Assembly (NCBI GenBank): GCA_964234715.1
Contig: OZ174276.1
Direction: 5' to 3' (one strand)
From: Podarcis melisellensis
Taxonomy: Eukaryota
Length of the DNA: 64,000 nucleotides
Shown here in pieces: positions 1-64,000 of the stretch. Both the position numbers and the translations under genes were made by a program. The notes below the pieces were generated by a model. The model was not told the DNA's origin and ran no database searches. It saw only the letters and a list, made by a program, of their open reading frames with translations. Every line of letters begins with the position of its first letter. Position 1 is the stretch's first letter.

Positions 1-3000
1 GGCCAGCCATGTGGCTCTGCTGGGGGGGGGGGAAGGCACCTCTGCTTTGAGTTTCACACCCACCCCCTTCACTTCTCATCCAACATCCAAGCAGTCTTTT
101 TGAAGCAAGCAAGGGGGCAGGACTCAGGTGACTCTGAGGCCGAAAAAGAAAGACGCTTCTTCACTTCTCAAAGACCAGAAAGGAAGGGACCAGAAACCTT
201 GCCTTGGTTGTGCCTGAGCTGTTCCCACACGTGGAATGTGACTTGTGAATGGAGAGTTTCAAACTGTCCCTATAACATTTCCTTTGGCATATAAAATGGT
301 ATTGTATTTCTCAGGCTCATGACTGATGCTCAGGTTGAGAAGGGCTATTCCTTAGGTTAAAATTGCTAAGTGACAGTTTTGATTGCTAGCAGTTTACTTG
401 GAGGCAGTTTTGTGTTGTTGTTTTGCAGTGTGTGTGTGTGTTGGTTGACCTGCTTGAGTTATCTGTTTTGCAGGTAGCATTTTGATGATTACCTGCTGTT
501 CAAATGTCTTCTAGTAGTTTGACTCTTTGACTATCTTCTTCAGTCACAACTTTGTTTTTTGGAATTCTGCAGTGTTGAAGATGGAGCCGTTCTAAGTTGA
601 TTTCTGAATCATATGTTCCTTGTTAAACATGGAGGAGCTATTCTTTTGTTCTCATAGGATGGTGACTGCACATTTATGAAAGCACTTGCCCCAGACCAAT
701 TGAGTAGTTTTCCCATGTTCATCATGGAACAAGTGCTTCCAGACAGCACAAGGTCATCCTACTCGAGTGATAATTTTGCCTAGGGAGTTGCTGGTTTAGG
801 CTGGCTTTGTCATGTCTGGAAATACTTAAATACTCTTTTTAGGTCCTCTGTGAAGAACAGAAGGCATTGCACAGAAAATAATTTTTAAGAAAGGGGGGCG
901 GATCACTTAAGATTTTTTGGAGATAGTGTCTTCTGTGCTTCATCATGTAATTTGAAGCAGAGTATGTGCTGTGTGAAAGGTCAAAAGTCTCCTTGTGGTT
1001 TTTTTTTGGGGGGGGATGAAAAAAAGTCCCTTCTTTCAAGTTAGCTGATGCAATCCACTTCTAGTGTAGAAAGTATGTAGTTATCTGTTGAGAGCTTGGT
1101 GCTGTAACAGTAGTCGGTCAGGCATGACAGTGCAGGAAGTATTGCACCTATACATGAACCACAAAGAGTACAGTTTCTATCCCTCCCACCCCATCCTGTT
1201 TTCTCTTTTGAACACTCGCTTTGTCAGCTCTGTCCCATATAAACCCACGAGGCACAGATGGCTTCTGTTGGCTAATACCCCCTGCTGACCTTTTGAGGAT
1301 CACTGACCCAGTAACCCCATTGCAGTATCACTGGAAAAAAGAAGGAACTATTTGGCTTTTATGGCTGTGGAGATGATGACAGCGGCGGCACTAAGTAGCA
1401 GATGTTCTTGGCTCATGTGGGAAAGCTTGATAATTCTGCCATTATAGCAACAAAAATCTCTCCTTAAAATCATGAATTGAAAAGGAAAAGACATGAGATT
1501 AGTGTGTAAGCTTTTTCAAGTTGAATCAATGGTAGGTAGGGTTGCCATTCCCCCCCCCCCCCCAGAAAGGGCTCCTGTGCTTTGGATGGCTACCCAAGGA
1601 GCAGATACTTTGCTGGGGTAATTTTTCTCGGTAGGGAAATTAAATGGGGAAAGCTTCATCTGTTAATATTTCTGCATGCCAGGGACCAAGCCAGAAAAAA
1701 ACTCCTGGCAATTCTAATTATGCAGAATATGCATATATTTTGCTTCGCTGTTCTCATTTAAATATTTTTGTCTGTTTGGGGTAATGATATCCATGAACAA
1801 TTGTGCTGCTTTAGAGGGGAATAGTACATCCTTTCCCCTTTCCATATTACAGCCAAACTTTTGTAAGAAGCAATATTTGAGTGATAACAATACTCAGCCA
1901 TGTTGTAAGCAAGGCTTTCTAGCTTCAGACCTGCCCTAGCTTCCTTTACTTTCAACAACATTTTCACACAGAGACTCTGCCAGTGAAACTTCCGCCCTCA
2001 AAGAAAACAGCATCTCAAAGCAACCAGCAGTGACAGGAGCAGCCATGCCTGCTGAACCTCTCCATGTCATGAAGCCGTTAAACGCACATGTAGACTCCTT
2101 CATTTCATGAGCACATGCACAAAGAAATATGTGGAGCAGAAGCACAGCATGAAATCTGCTATGTGGGATGGAGTTTGCACTGAAGATATTTTGCTTTCTA
2201 ATGCGGTTTTGTAAAGATAAACTTGGGCTGCTGTCCTAAGCCCACTTACCTGGGAGTAAGCTCTACTAAATGCAATAAGATTTCTAAGTGGACATGATTA
2301 GGATTGCATTGTTAGTCATGTATCTTATGCCCAGAAACCAAAGGCACTATTATAAATAGGCTGCAGATGTTATGTAACATGGAATGATCCAGCAACTACA
2401 AGAAATTTGTTGTTACTGTTTTCTAAGCTTCTCTGCTCTTGTCCACATGCAACATTTCCAGTTTTGAGACCAATGGCCACTTTCTGAGGCACTCCAGCCC
2501 TCTTCTCCAGCTGCTGAACACTTCAAAATGCTAAGCGCTATCACATAGGCACCTTAAATAGGACTTTCATATCACCTCACATCACCTGGCAGGGAAACCT
2601 CAGTGCCAGGTTTGCACATTTATCAGTAGGTGTGAACCAGCCCTGAGATGCACAGAATAAAAATGTGACAGAATCGAACTGTGGGATATAACCTCATTTC
2701 ATGCAAGACTGCAGTGAGATAAACAAGAGGCATTCACTTCAGTACCTCTGAGGGAATATTATTATAATGTGTGCATTCCTCAAGAGGATTGCTACTCCGC
2801 CTACCTTTGGGCTTGCTCCCAGGGGCAATGAAATGCAAGCTCTTTGGGTTCTATGAATGTGTAAAGAGTTTGAGTTCAGCTCCTTCAAAATGAGAATAGT
2901 TGGTGTGACCCATATTTCTTCCTTCTGGAAACCTTTTCTTGTAAATCACTGACCACAAAGCCTAGGCAGGCAGCTGCTTTGCTGTGACAGCTGTTTATCA

Positions 3001-4592
3001 CACTTGCCATAAGGACCTTTTCTGAATTACCTCATCTGATCGTTGTGTCCATCTGTTGTCACTTCCATACTTGAGATTGTAATACACATTAAATAACAGA
3101 GCCTTGACGAACACTACAGTTTTGCAGGGCCTACTGGTCCACAGATAAATAAAGATAAACAGACATCCATAAGTCCTTGTACAAGGGGAGGAAACACATT
3201 CCTCTGCTAGACATAGACACCTTTGCACATCTCCCCCCCCCCACTCCCCATTCAGTAGACTTCAGAGAATGTAGTTTGACCTGTAAAGAATCAATTAGTT
3301 GTTTGATCCGATCTAAAATGCCCCATGGGAATGCAAAGATAATTCAACAGTTGTATAGTGTGCTCGGATGAATTATCAGAATTTTACAGACTCAGGAATA
3401 ATAATTAGTTTATTCAGCAATGTCGGCCTCTGGGTTATATTGACAGAGGCCAAACTTAATTGATAAAACCTCATAAACAGAAGTAGAAGAGGCATTTATT
3501 TTATTGAGCAATAATGCCAGTGTATCTGCTGCACTGAATCTGCACATGTTCTCTTAAGGTTGTGTTTCCTTTGCAGATATAACCACACTTTCCCACCACA
3601 CTGCAGGTGCCTGTGCAAGTGCTGTAGACATTTGTTGGTTGTTTCCTTTTTCTGATGTGAAAAATAACAAAGTACACAGAATATTAAAAGAAGCACATGA
3701 TCAGAACAATTGAATTAACTGGATAAGTAGAAGCTTTTGTAAGATGATGCAAAATAAGGGAAATGTTTTCTGGGTGTCACATGTGAAAGTGTTATCACTG
3801 AGGACTTCTCTTCTGACAAACGGGGTTGGTTTCTCCATACTCAGGGGACTCAGTAGGTACATGAAATTATAAAGTTTGTACATTTAAAAAAAGCAGAGCA
3901 GAGTTCCCAGGGTGTTACTTGGGACTGTGTGTGTATGGAAATAGTTTAAGACAGTGAGGCAATGCTTCTTAAAGCGGCTGCACCACAGTAATGGTGTACT
4001 GTTGGCCCATAGTATGGTAACTACATTACAAGGTTACTATTGCACAAATGTCATGCAGAAGGTAGTCACAAGATCTTTAGATACACAAGGTACTGGAATG
4101 CTACAGATTATCCTTGTATCTCTCATCTGTGTCTCTTTTATCTTTCTCAAGACGAAAACATTTTATCTACCTGCCACTATATGATTGTGGTGTAGCCTTG
4201 TCTTAACTGCTTGTGTATGTAAATCAAATCAAGTCAATGTGGTTTTCCTAATGATCTCAATGATCCACATGTGGGCTACCAGCAGGCTATCTTAATGCTA
4301 TCTTATGGCAGTTTCCCTTTGGAAATGCAGCCGTGCAGCTTTGTCCTATGCAGGTTAACTCAGCAGTATATGGTGTGTTGTTGGCCTGGTGGAGCTAAGT
4401 GTGTGTAGTATTGCAGCCCAGTCTGCATTCTAATCCATAGTTACATCTTTAATTCCTACTGATTTTAATGGGGCATGTGTTTGCATGTTGGCCTGTTGTC
4501 TAATTTGATTCCATTTGTTCTGAATCCCTAAGTTTTCTGGCACTGGTTCTCTAACATAATCTTATTTTCTTTGAGTTTAGTTGTGAGTCTGA

Positions 4593-54092
<49,500 letters not shown>

Positions 54093-57000
54093 ATAGTCCG
54101 TGCTGGAAATGAAATGTGAGCATTTGTGTCTCTACATCTGAAGTCAGTGAGGAAGGAGCGACTGGATCTCAGAGGCCTGGAAGGGAAAACCCTGAGAACA
54201 CAGATCTGTCAACAGTGCAGACTTGGATGGACCCAGTATACAAAGAAGCATTTTCCTAGAAGGCCTGTTTTGAATGCATGTTCTTCTATAGTATCTTTCT
54301 GGTTGGTTTTACCCATAGCTTTGAAAATGTGGTGAGATGGAGCAAAATGTGGTTTTTTCTCCTGTGGTATCGTCAGCTTTTGTGATGACCAAGAACAACC
54401 CAATCAAGCACAAAACTTTATGGCCCTTAAAAGAGTTGTTGTTTTTTGGGGGTGTTACAGTTGAAGCAGTCATCGCTTCAGTGTGTTGCAAGTCTTCCGC
54501 TTGATGCACCATGCGACTGAAAAGCCTTCCTGCTTGATGGGAAACAACAGCTTAAATGTTTAAAACATTCAGAAATGCTAAGTTGTTCCTGCAATAGATG
54601 ATAAAGAGCTGTGTGATTTTCACAAGCAAAAAAAAAAATCAGGTTCTTTTAGAGATGGAATATTGACTATCATTCTCCACCTGGAATTAGAGGACTTTTC
54701 GTCATTGCCTTGTTGTCCTCTGCCCTTCTAAAATTGTTTTGGGTGCAATCTTGTGCACAATTAGCTGGAAACAAGCCACATGTATAGGACAGTGCTATTA
54801 ACCTTTCTAAGTTTACTTAAGCAGTGGAGCATTGACAAAAGAGTCTTCTCATATTTTGAATTGATTATCACTGCTTTGGTGGCCCTGTATAATACCTTCC
54901 CCTTAACCAAGTACTGTTGGCAGTAGTTTTACCTGAGCATCTAGAATTTTAAACAGCCAGGAGAAGAGGCACTGGTTGTCATGACCCAGACTCTTGATAA
55001 AGTTGCCAGGTCAAGGAACTAGTAAGTTCTTTGAGAAATACGATTGATACATTCTTTGGGATATAGTCAACAGAATAATGAGATCAATACACTTCCCCAT
55101 TCTGGGAAAATATATGACATTTGGTAATCGGTTCAGACTTAACTTTGGAAACAATGCTAAAAAATAGATTCGGCATGACGTCAGGGCATTTAGAAACAAA
55201 CAAAAGGCAGCAGCTTATATATCATTAATATGTATGGTTCCAAAGGCATGCAGAATTTCAACAAAAGTTTAAAATCGCCCTGTCATAACCCTGTAGAACA
55301 AAGAGGTAAACATAGGAATTTCTGTGTGAACGATTCACAGAATTGGAGGTCCAGGCGAGACTCAAAAGTTTATGCTTCTGCAGTTCCCTGCACCAAAGGA
55401 AACCTCCTGTCACCAGTGTACCCTAGAGCTCAGATGAGAGTGTACTACCTGTAGGAGGTAGAAACAAGAAAGGGATGTGTATGGGAGGAGAAAGCCTGGA
55501 GAGAAAATACCAGAAACAATGCAAAGAAGCCATGCGACAATGCTACAGAGAAGTCTCTCCAAACTAATGAGAAAGTTTAGAACAAGTCTGCTGAGACAGG
55601 TACCAAAGTTTAGGGCTGTATAATAGCGTGAAATGAAAATAAAGTTCTATAAGATATTGAGAGAAGAATTAGTTTCTGCTAGGCTATCATAAGGCACTTG
55701 AGTTATTTACCATGCAAGTTTCCTGTCCCCCCGTTGCCTACCGTGACTATTTAAGGTTTTCAGAATTGCAACCCTTTAATATTTAGGTAGTTTAGATTGA
55801 ATTTCCTACAAGGAAAAGGCAGCATTTTATCTCCCTTCTGATTTGCTCTAAAGATTTCAGAATAAAGCATTAAGGAAATATTTAAAATGCAATCTATTAG
55901 ACAAAGGGCACACAATGCACCAGAAAGTTCTCCTATACAAGCCACAAAACAATGAAAGGGAGAAGTGCAGGAGCATAACCATGTTCACTTCACTGGGGCT
56001 TGCTCAGGAAAACATCCTGGTCGATTGTTGAAGGAATGTATATGTTGGTGTGTTGCCCTAATTTTTACCCTGTCAGGCTCCATCATTGTCAGGGCAGATG
56101 TCAGAACATTTATGCATTTATCCCAAACTCCAGACATTTAGTTCTTTAGTCTAACTTTTGCCAAGAGAAATTGCCACTTTAAAAAAAAAGTGTTGGTTTC
56201 TTAAAAAAACAACCAGGTGTTTTAGGTCTGTGTTTTTCTTCCTTCGTCTCACCATAAAGCTGATACAGTACTTAATTGCTGGTGTTTGGTTCATTGTCAC
56301 AGCATGATGACAAATCTTACGAAGCCAGAGACTCAGCATTTTTTTCCTCCTTGAGGGCGCATGAAGTAGAAACCTCTTAATTGTCTGTGTCAGGGACAGG
56401 AAGAACATTCTGTTTCAAGGGACAGCAACGACAATAGAATTATTACCATGAGGTATGTTTCCTTTGGCAAATACCTTTATTTCCTTAAAGGATCTCATCT
56501 TTTTCCAAAGTAACCAATAAATATCCCTCCACAGAATCTGGGGAGCATGTTTGCAGCATTTCAAACTGCAAGATACATCTTGCGATGTGGAATTAAGGCA
56601 ATGCTCAGAAAAGTAACCTGAAGACTCTTAACTCAGGCAGAAACAAACAAAGGGGCTTGGAAGTCCAAAGGGGGGAAATTAGCTTCCAGCAAATCCCATC
56701 TTAAATATCTAATGCAACAATTAAAGTGCTTCGGGGTTGTTGTTTTTGAGAGCACATATTGTCAGTTTAGCTGAATTTCATTCTCTTCATGCACCTTAGT
56801 AACCCTCAACTTCAGATTTGCAAAACTGAACCAAACACTATGTAAACACCCCAGAGTTAGAATCTGAACACATCTAATGAAATAGACAAATAGGATGCTG
56901 TTCATTTTTATTTTTATTCCCACAGCCTTTTCAAAATAAAATTCAATCTTTTTGTGGTGGTTACTTAACAGAGCATGATACCACAGGTGTAAACACTCAG

Positions 57001-59680
57001 GCCACTTGAGAAAGACATTACAATCCAGAACAAATGCCATTCCGAGCCCTACTCTGTAGTATCAGCTGCAATATGTTATATTTAACAGCCCATATCCAAT
57101 AGAAGAGTCAACTAGATGATCATAATTCCAATAATCGTTTCCAGTTCTATGAAATGGAATTTTTAGCTATGCTCACACATTGCATTTTAACACTGTTACT
57201 CACACATGGGTTGTGGGTTACTCTCTGTTGAGATCAATGCTATTTATAGGGAAATCCTAAATGCTTTAAGTACACAAGTGAGAAGGAAAACAGGGTTGAC
57301 TTCTGAGTCTTTGAGTGTGGGGAAAACTCAGGGTAAGTTTAGCGTATTTCCTAGAGTTTCTAAAGTATCTGTCCAACATGGTTTCCTTTCTCCCAGGATG
57401 TTTTTGCCCTGAGATTTCCATCTTTTTAAATCCCAGCAAAGAATCCCAGTGGCCTTCATAGGATGCTCTTTATGAGATAGTTCTGGTCCTCCTACTTGCA
57501 GACTAAATAATGAAGTTGTTATCAAAGAGTGAGTTGAGTGAATCAGATTTTCCCCCATGCTAAAAAAGAAATGTGACATCTTAAGTCTGTCCCCAACTGT
57601 GTGTGAAGATATACTGTTCCACAGGAACACTATGCCACAAGAAACAAATAAAATGTAATAATTAAGAATACTTGCAAGAATGTTCCCCGGAAGATGCTGT
57701 GGATGCATCTCTCCTGTGATCCAGTGTTCTGTCCTAGCCTTCCCATCAACATCTACTGTAAGAGGATAATTCTCACATAAAGTGCCATTACTTGCCTTCC
57801 AAGAATGCCCAGAACAATGAGTCATACAGAAGCACGGAGTGGAACTCCTCTGAGGACAGACAGTTCTTACTCCAGGCACATAGCTTATGGGGGAGTAAGC
57901 ATGAAATGAACTTCCTATTTTATTTAAAAAGAAAAAGGTGTTTCTCACCTATCAGAATTACAAACCCTGGATCAGTGATCCTTATCTTTTCCCCTGTAGG
58001 TGGAAAAGCATACTGGAGAGGCCCAATGGCTTGGACCTAAACTCATCCTGTGCCAATGGAATGCAAGTAAACCTCCTAGAGTTCTGCTGATTTTTCAGCC
58101 TTGGGTAGGCCATGCCATGCCCAGCCTTTTTGGGTGTGTGTATGGTGGCGGGGACACAGTGAAAAGGAGACAGGCCAGGAAAGCCCCATTGCATGAGCAG
58201 AATTCTGCATGTACTTCTCTGGATCCAGCCCATAATATTTTTGAATAGACCAGTGGCTGAAAGAGAAAGGGCTAGGCAAAGAATGGGGAATGATCTGGGC
58301 TCCCCTTCCCCCATGCCCACCTGTCATTCCCCTGGCATCATATGACATCAGGTTATTCAAGCTTAAAAGGAAGAATTGGAAGTGCTCTATGCTCCCAATT
58401 ATTCCTTTGCTTCCACAGCTTACAACTCAAGCCGTAGCTGCAAAGGTTCCTGTGGAAAGCGAGGCTTGCTCTTGGTGATGTATTTAAATTCATGGCTGAC
58501 TGCAGGCCCGGCGTTCCACAGGGACTGGCTCCCCTCTGATCAGGAGCTTCTGAATACAACCAGTCCCAATGGGGCTTGTGTTTGCTGCCAGATTTAAAAG
58601 GCACAGCTTCCAAGCCTTCCTTGCCGTAAAATAGCTGGGAGTCTCCTTTAAGGCTTCCGGTCATTCCTTTGCAGGTATGGCCCTACACAACCTTGAGGAT
58701 GTCTGGGTGGACACGTCTGGGGAGGGGATGGCCTTGTGAGCAAAATTAGAACCTCTAGAAGACCAAATTTGGCACACAGACCGTATGTTCCCTGTCCCTT
58801 AGTTAGGCTGCCCTAACCCCATCCTTACCACTGTCTCAAGTCTTGATTGTCGCTTCCAAGGCTGTTTTTCAGTAAAAATAAAATAAAAACAAGCACCATG
58901 TTTAGGGGCCGGGAAAGAAACATGCAATGGTGTGCAACATGCCATTTGGCTTTTTAAGTGTTTCTGGTGGGAACCAGGAAACCACAAAGGTACGTACCAC
59001 AAGGTAGGGCCTGACAAAAGGATAAACCAAGCCTTGAGGATGTAGACTCCAGATTACTTCAGCAATGATGATGAAGAGCTGTGGCCCTTTCAGGCTTTAA
59101 ACAGTCTTATCAGGTTGATTTTTTGTGACTTGAAGTTAAAGAACAAACTCTCTGCACTTCAACCATGTTCCCTTTACCAACAGAATTTGTCAGAAGTGTC
59201 AGTGGTCATATTAATTCCTATTCTCTTCTGTATTATTCTGGTTTTAATTGATATTTGTCTATTTGAGAACATGAGCAAGGTGCTGTTTTTAAGAACAGAT
59301 GTTTTTAAAAAAGGACTTTGCATAATTCTTTCAAATGTATCATATTTGTATGAAGACTTGTCCAGGACTTTTTTGTACAATGAATTTACATTTATTTATG
59401 GTGCGGTATATTCACAGTAGTGATCAACTATGGTGTTTGAATTCTTGAATCATATTTGCTATGCAGCGGGAAATGATATATCTTGTTTTGTATTTTTGTT
59501 CCTTCATCATTGGTCAACAGAAGTTCTTCATTTCCATTCAAAATGCTTCTGTATCGATAAGACACCCTGTGTGTGGTGACATGATGACCTGTATTGCAAC
59601 TTCAAACAATATGTACAGCAAAGCTAGGATGAATCCTGTTAACAAGGGAAAAATAAAAGTTGAGTCATAAATGGTTTGAA
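54093..59680 (+). other. CYFIP2: Probable long CYFIP2 3' UTR (3' end uncertain)
   Basis: Follows the stop codon. An AU-rich terminal-looking block at about 59200-59660 ends in AATAAA at 59652-59657. Earlier AATAAA hexamers lie at 55638, 55861 and 56935. Confidence 0.5.
59652..59657 (+). terminator. Candidate distal polyadenylation signal
   Basis: AATAAA preceded by several TGTA motifs in a U-rich region and followed by TGGTTTG. Confidence 0.5.
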
Positions 59681-62600
59681 TGAAAGAGTGACAAAGTTGC
59701 TGTAGCATTATTACAAAAACAGGTGGTTTGGGGTATGAGGCGAATCAACCCAAATTGGGGCTTATACAGGTCTCAGTGCTACACTTAGATCTGGGGATTC
59801 AAATCTTCCCAGCTGTAGTTCCCTTGCCCATCCAGTTGCCACAATACTCGTCACTGCCATGTTCTTACTATGCTTATAATTCAGCAAGCACAGTGTCAGG
59901 AGCAAGACAGCAATAAACCACCCCATAGTGGAATGTCAGGCCTAACAAGCACAGTAGCTCATCCCCAGTAAGTCTTGCCCCATGGATCTGTTGCAAAGAC
60001 TGAAAGTCCTTGCCTCTCTAGAGCCATTTAAGTTCCCTCTCTCCAGGGCTTTTTCAAGCAATTGGAGATTGCACCTGTGTGAAGCCAACCTCTCTTCCAC
60101 CCTTTTCATGCCTCTCTGAATGCAAGAATACAATAGCCACTGGAGCTCACAGAAAGTGTGGGCTGAGGTAAATCTCCCTAGCAAATTTCACCCCAGTTAC
60201 ATGAGCACTAGGTACACTGCACTCTCAGCCCTCCCCCTGTTTATGGATATACTAGTAATAATAACCTACCGTCGAGGGCTGTTGTAAAGATTACTGAGAT
60301 TATTTGTTCAGAGAATTTCAGATACAGTATATCAGTAACCTTTTCAACATAGTCAAGAGCTATCTTTCTATTGCAGACGGAGAAGGGAACTGAGGCTAAA
60401 TGTAGTTTACCTCAGACCACCATTCTCTCACATATATACACACACAAAAATAATGGCTTTGTGTGTATGTCAGTCTTCGTAAGCTTAGTTAAGTCCTCTC
60501 TCCTTTACAGTACTAGTGTGTAAAATGTTTTCCCCTCTGGAAAGCAAACATGGCCATTTCATTTCTCCAAAGCAATTGGATAATATTCACCAGGGAAGCA
60601 ATAATTTCTGTTACAGCCACACAATGAAAAATTTAGCAATGAACCTTTTTTTAAAAAAAAGTATTGTTTTCAAAAACTTACAATAAAAACAACCGACCAC
60701 AATATTCACGCAGAGCATGTTAGAGAGAGATGCCTGTATCACTTTACAGATCACTAACCACTTTTGCAACTGTGATTCCTCTTGGATATAACCCCTCCAC
60801 ATTGCCAAGTGAGCTGGGTGGGTGGGGGATGGGACCTCCCATTTAGTTACGAATGTGAGAAGCCGAAACCACACCCCATCACAATGCTCCTTTTTCACAA
60901 TGCCTCAAAGCACCTGATTTTGCTGTGTGATACCCTCTCATACACCTGTGTCCCGAGCGTTGAGCCAAGCCTCCTGCAGGAGGAATTATCCTTGAATGTC
61001 CAGATCAATGGCAAAAAGTGCAGTATGGTGAGGGACCGATTGCTGGTACCCTGAGTTGTTCCATATCTCCCCATACAGCCAAAGAACATACCAGAAGGGA
61101 CAAAAACCTGTGTTAACCTACACTCCAGATACTTACAGTTGCCTCAGCCTCACAGCACACCATTTCCAAACCAGTATTTCAGGTGTGGCTGCATTGCTAA
61201 GAGACCAGTGTTCTGCAGTGAAGTTTCATTAGGAGGGATGGAGGGGGGACTTGTAAAACGGGACTCATTTGTCAAATGCATGTACTGTATTCAGATCCCT
61301 TTTCCATTCCAAACTGCATCAGGTAGGGGGAAATCATACTTCTTGTTATGATACTGTTTGAATTGCTTGAAATTCAAATACTGTAGCCTGGACCACAAAT
61401 AGGAGAACAATCTAATACGGAAAGAGAAGAATATCTATGATTTTTTTTCCCCACCCTCTGGCGGGCATGTAAACACTGAATATTTATTATCCGTTTCCAC
61501 CTGTAGAAAGAAGAATTTGGTAGAGGGAGGAACTGTGCCAATAGTACAAAAAACTCTAGCCAGCTTGGTCAATTGGATGACCTGGTACAAGTCATTCTCT
61601 CTCAATGTGTAGGATAGGAAATGAGGTTGAATAGCTTCAGTTAAAGAACTTCAATCTATTGGGCACTCTAATTGTATCATCATTATAATAACAAATCATT
61701 CAAAAGGTGCCCCTGTAGCAGACTGGCCACTCGGATTGAAAGGATACCCCAATTTCCACCAAGCCCAAGACTTTCCAGGTGCATACTGCATAAACAGAAG
61801 CACTTCACACACAGCCTCTCAGCAATACAAGCAAGTCTTATGTCACAGGATATGGTGCTTTCGGTGTCTCTTAGTGTTAAAGATATCAGGCATGACCCAT
61901 GGGCCAGGTGTCACCTGGGATAAAAATCATTCCCCCAGGAAGGGCATAGTTCCATGCGGAGCTGGACTTTCATTCCAAGGGCCTGAAACTACTGTCCCTC
62001 TCTCTCTTTCACACCAGTCCAGGACAGCTGTAGTCCCATACCCTGGAAATGGTCCAAAGAAAATCACAAAGAAACAGCCTAGAAGGGGGGAACCAATTTC
62101 AACCATAGCCTATGAAACTAATTTAAAGGGGATGGGCCAAAGCACTGAAAAGGGGAGCATCCTTTGGGATCAGCTTTACTGGCAGCACAGCCCACCACCC
62201 TGACAGCTGTAGTTTTTATTGTTCCTTTCTGGCACCAGAACAAGGTATGCCAAGGGGGGGCGTGTCCTGCACAGCAGCCGCCACTCAAGCTGATGGAAAG
62301 TCCCAGCAGGGCCTAGACCTGATGATAAAATGTCAGCCCAGCAAGAACTGTCTATAGGAGATGCTGAAATTGGACCCCGGGACCTTTTGCATACAAAGCA
62401 TACAGTCCCTGTCTATAAACTTGCTCACCTTCTCTGTGGGAATTGGATGTTTCAATGGTGTACGTGCATAGCTAGCACATGTTTTGTTATCTAAGAAATA
62501 AGGATCTTATTTGCTTTTGATTTCTGCTCCAGGCATTCTGTGAGAATAAAGTTCAACACTGTTGTCCGAGCCTTTCATTTCAGTGTAGTCAAACAGTATT

Positions 62601-63679
62601 TGGGGCTTGCCGAACACTTCTTAAACAAACTCACAGGGGGTCAGACCCAGGCTAAATGAAACAGAATCAAGGGGACTTGGGTTAGCTATTACTAACCATA
62701 CCAGTTTCAATGGGACCTAAGTACAGCTAACTTCTTCTGGATGCAACCCAAGAGCATAGTCCCTATATTCAATCTCCTCTCCTGAAAGTCCTTCCTCCCT
62801 ATTCCCACGTGTGAGCACTGGTTGAGCTCAATGTCATCCATGTGAGCGTCATCTCTGTACACCCCTTTTCTCCACACTGAAATCTGGTTCACACATTCAT
62901 ACCTACATTTGATGAGTCATGAATCATACATAATACACTGCGTCTTTTCTAGAAAAAGAGGTGCCGGAACTCAGCTGAACGCCTCCCTTGTTCTCTTATA
63001 ATGGCAAGTGTGCCCACCCGAGAGGGACTGGAACTGAGTTCTGACGAGTTCTGGCTTGGGGAAAAAGCCCTGCTTAGCCACATGTGTGAACTATATCAAC
63101 TGAAATAATTTGTTGAGTTGACTTTGGGCAGTAGGAAAGTTGTGCTGGCAATATCTGTCACACCAGCCCATCCACACATCCAAGACTTTAGTTTGCAGCT
63201 GGCAAGTAACAAACATAGATGTGCAAACTTGAGCTTATATTAGTGGGGGCTGGTTCATTAGGGCTAACCAAACACCACCCCACCAACCTCAATCTTTCCT
63301 CGGCCTTCTTACTTCTTACAACCACTCCAGGGGATGACGCTGCCTGTCAGCTTCCTCCTCCTCCTTGGTCTCTGGATTTCCCTTGCAGAACTCAACAGGG
63401 AGGCAAGCTGGGGACAAACTTCCACCGGTGACTTGGCTCTGTCTGTCACTGGCTCTGGCTCCACCTATTTTTGGTACCAATAAGCACCAGCCACCCCTGA
63501 CTTATATATGTGTTGGGAAAACATGTGCGAACTAGACCTGGGCATCTAAGGCCCATTTTATTTTGCTGCTTTTGGCAGAGGGGCTTCGTGGATTTCCCAC
63601 TTTTAGAGTGCAAGTTAAAGAAACTTCGTCCACGCACACACAAAGTGGAAGTGTCTGTTTTCCAGGCAGAGCTGAGAAC

Positions 63680-64000
63680 CCCCCGCCCCATTTTCACCTT
63701 AGCGGTTCTCCATGAAACAAGGAAGCCCGACATGTGTGGCATCTGACCCCGGGAGTCACGAGCACCTGCCGGATTTGTGCTGCCCCCCCCCCCACTCGCC
63801 CCAGGGCAAGGAAGCTTCGCAACGCGCGTAGGCGCCGAAGAGCACGTGGGCACAAGCCCCTCCTCTGGAGAGGGGGAGACGGAGTCAGATTGAGAAAACC
63901 CGGACCGGGAGGAGTGGTGGATCCGGCTGGGGCAGGTGTGATCTCTTTTCTCGCCCAGGGCAACTTCTCCGCTCGCCACAGGTTGGGGCGAGGCCAGCCG
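63680..64000. promoter_or_regulatory. CpG-island edge / promoter of the next gene (NIPAL4 expected from mammalian synteny)
   Basis: Abrupt GC and CpG enrichment, GC box CCCCGCCCC at 63681-63689; no coding sequence visible, so identity is inference only. Confidence 0.6.

Noticed and set aside
57328-57948. 206-aa minus-strand ORF in the 3' UTR
   Set aside because: Non-ATG start and no recognisable homology; consistent with chance.
63446-63979. 177-aa minus-strand ORF
   Set aside because: Stop-codon depletion in GC-rich promoter sequence; no domain.

Overview
Vertebrate genomic DNA from a squamate reptile (Sauria SINEs, a BovB fragment, squamate-type CR1/L2 tails; a lacertid lizard is plausible but not provable here). 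The + strand carries the complete CYFIP2 coding region: 30 coding exons from ATG 4605 to TAA 54090-54092, all GT-AG, summing to 3762 nt (1253 aa plus stop). A long 3' UTR follows, probably to about 59.67 kb. The non-coding first exon is probably upstream of the window, and a CpG-rich promoter-like block begins at the right edge (NIPAL4 by mammalian synteny, inferred). Introns hold many datable transposon insertions. The most interesting observations centre on exon 10, which carries the known K320E A-to-I recoding codon: a degenerate inverted copy of nearly the whole exon plus its 5' splice site about 1.85 kb downstream, proximal complementary segments, and MITE hairpins in the same intron. Other leads are an antisense solo LTR with an intact CRE, a 130-bp palindrome, a 25-bp locally templated insertion, an intragenic CpG-rich patch, and the apparent absence of the nested FNDC9 gene. 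Exon numbers follow human CYFIP2 (exon 1 non-coding). All alignments and counts were done by eye.
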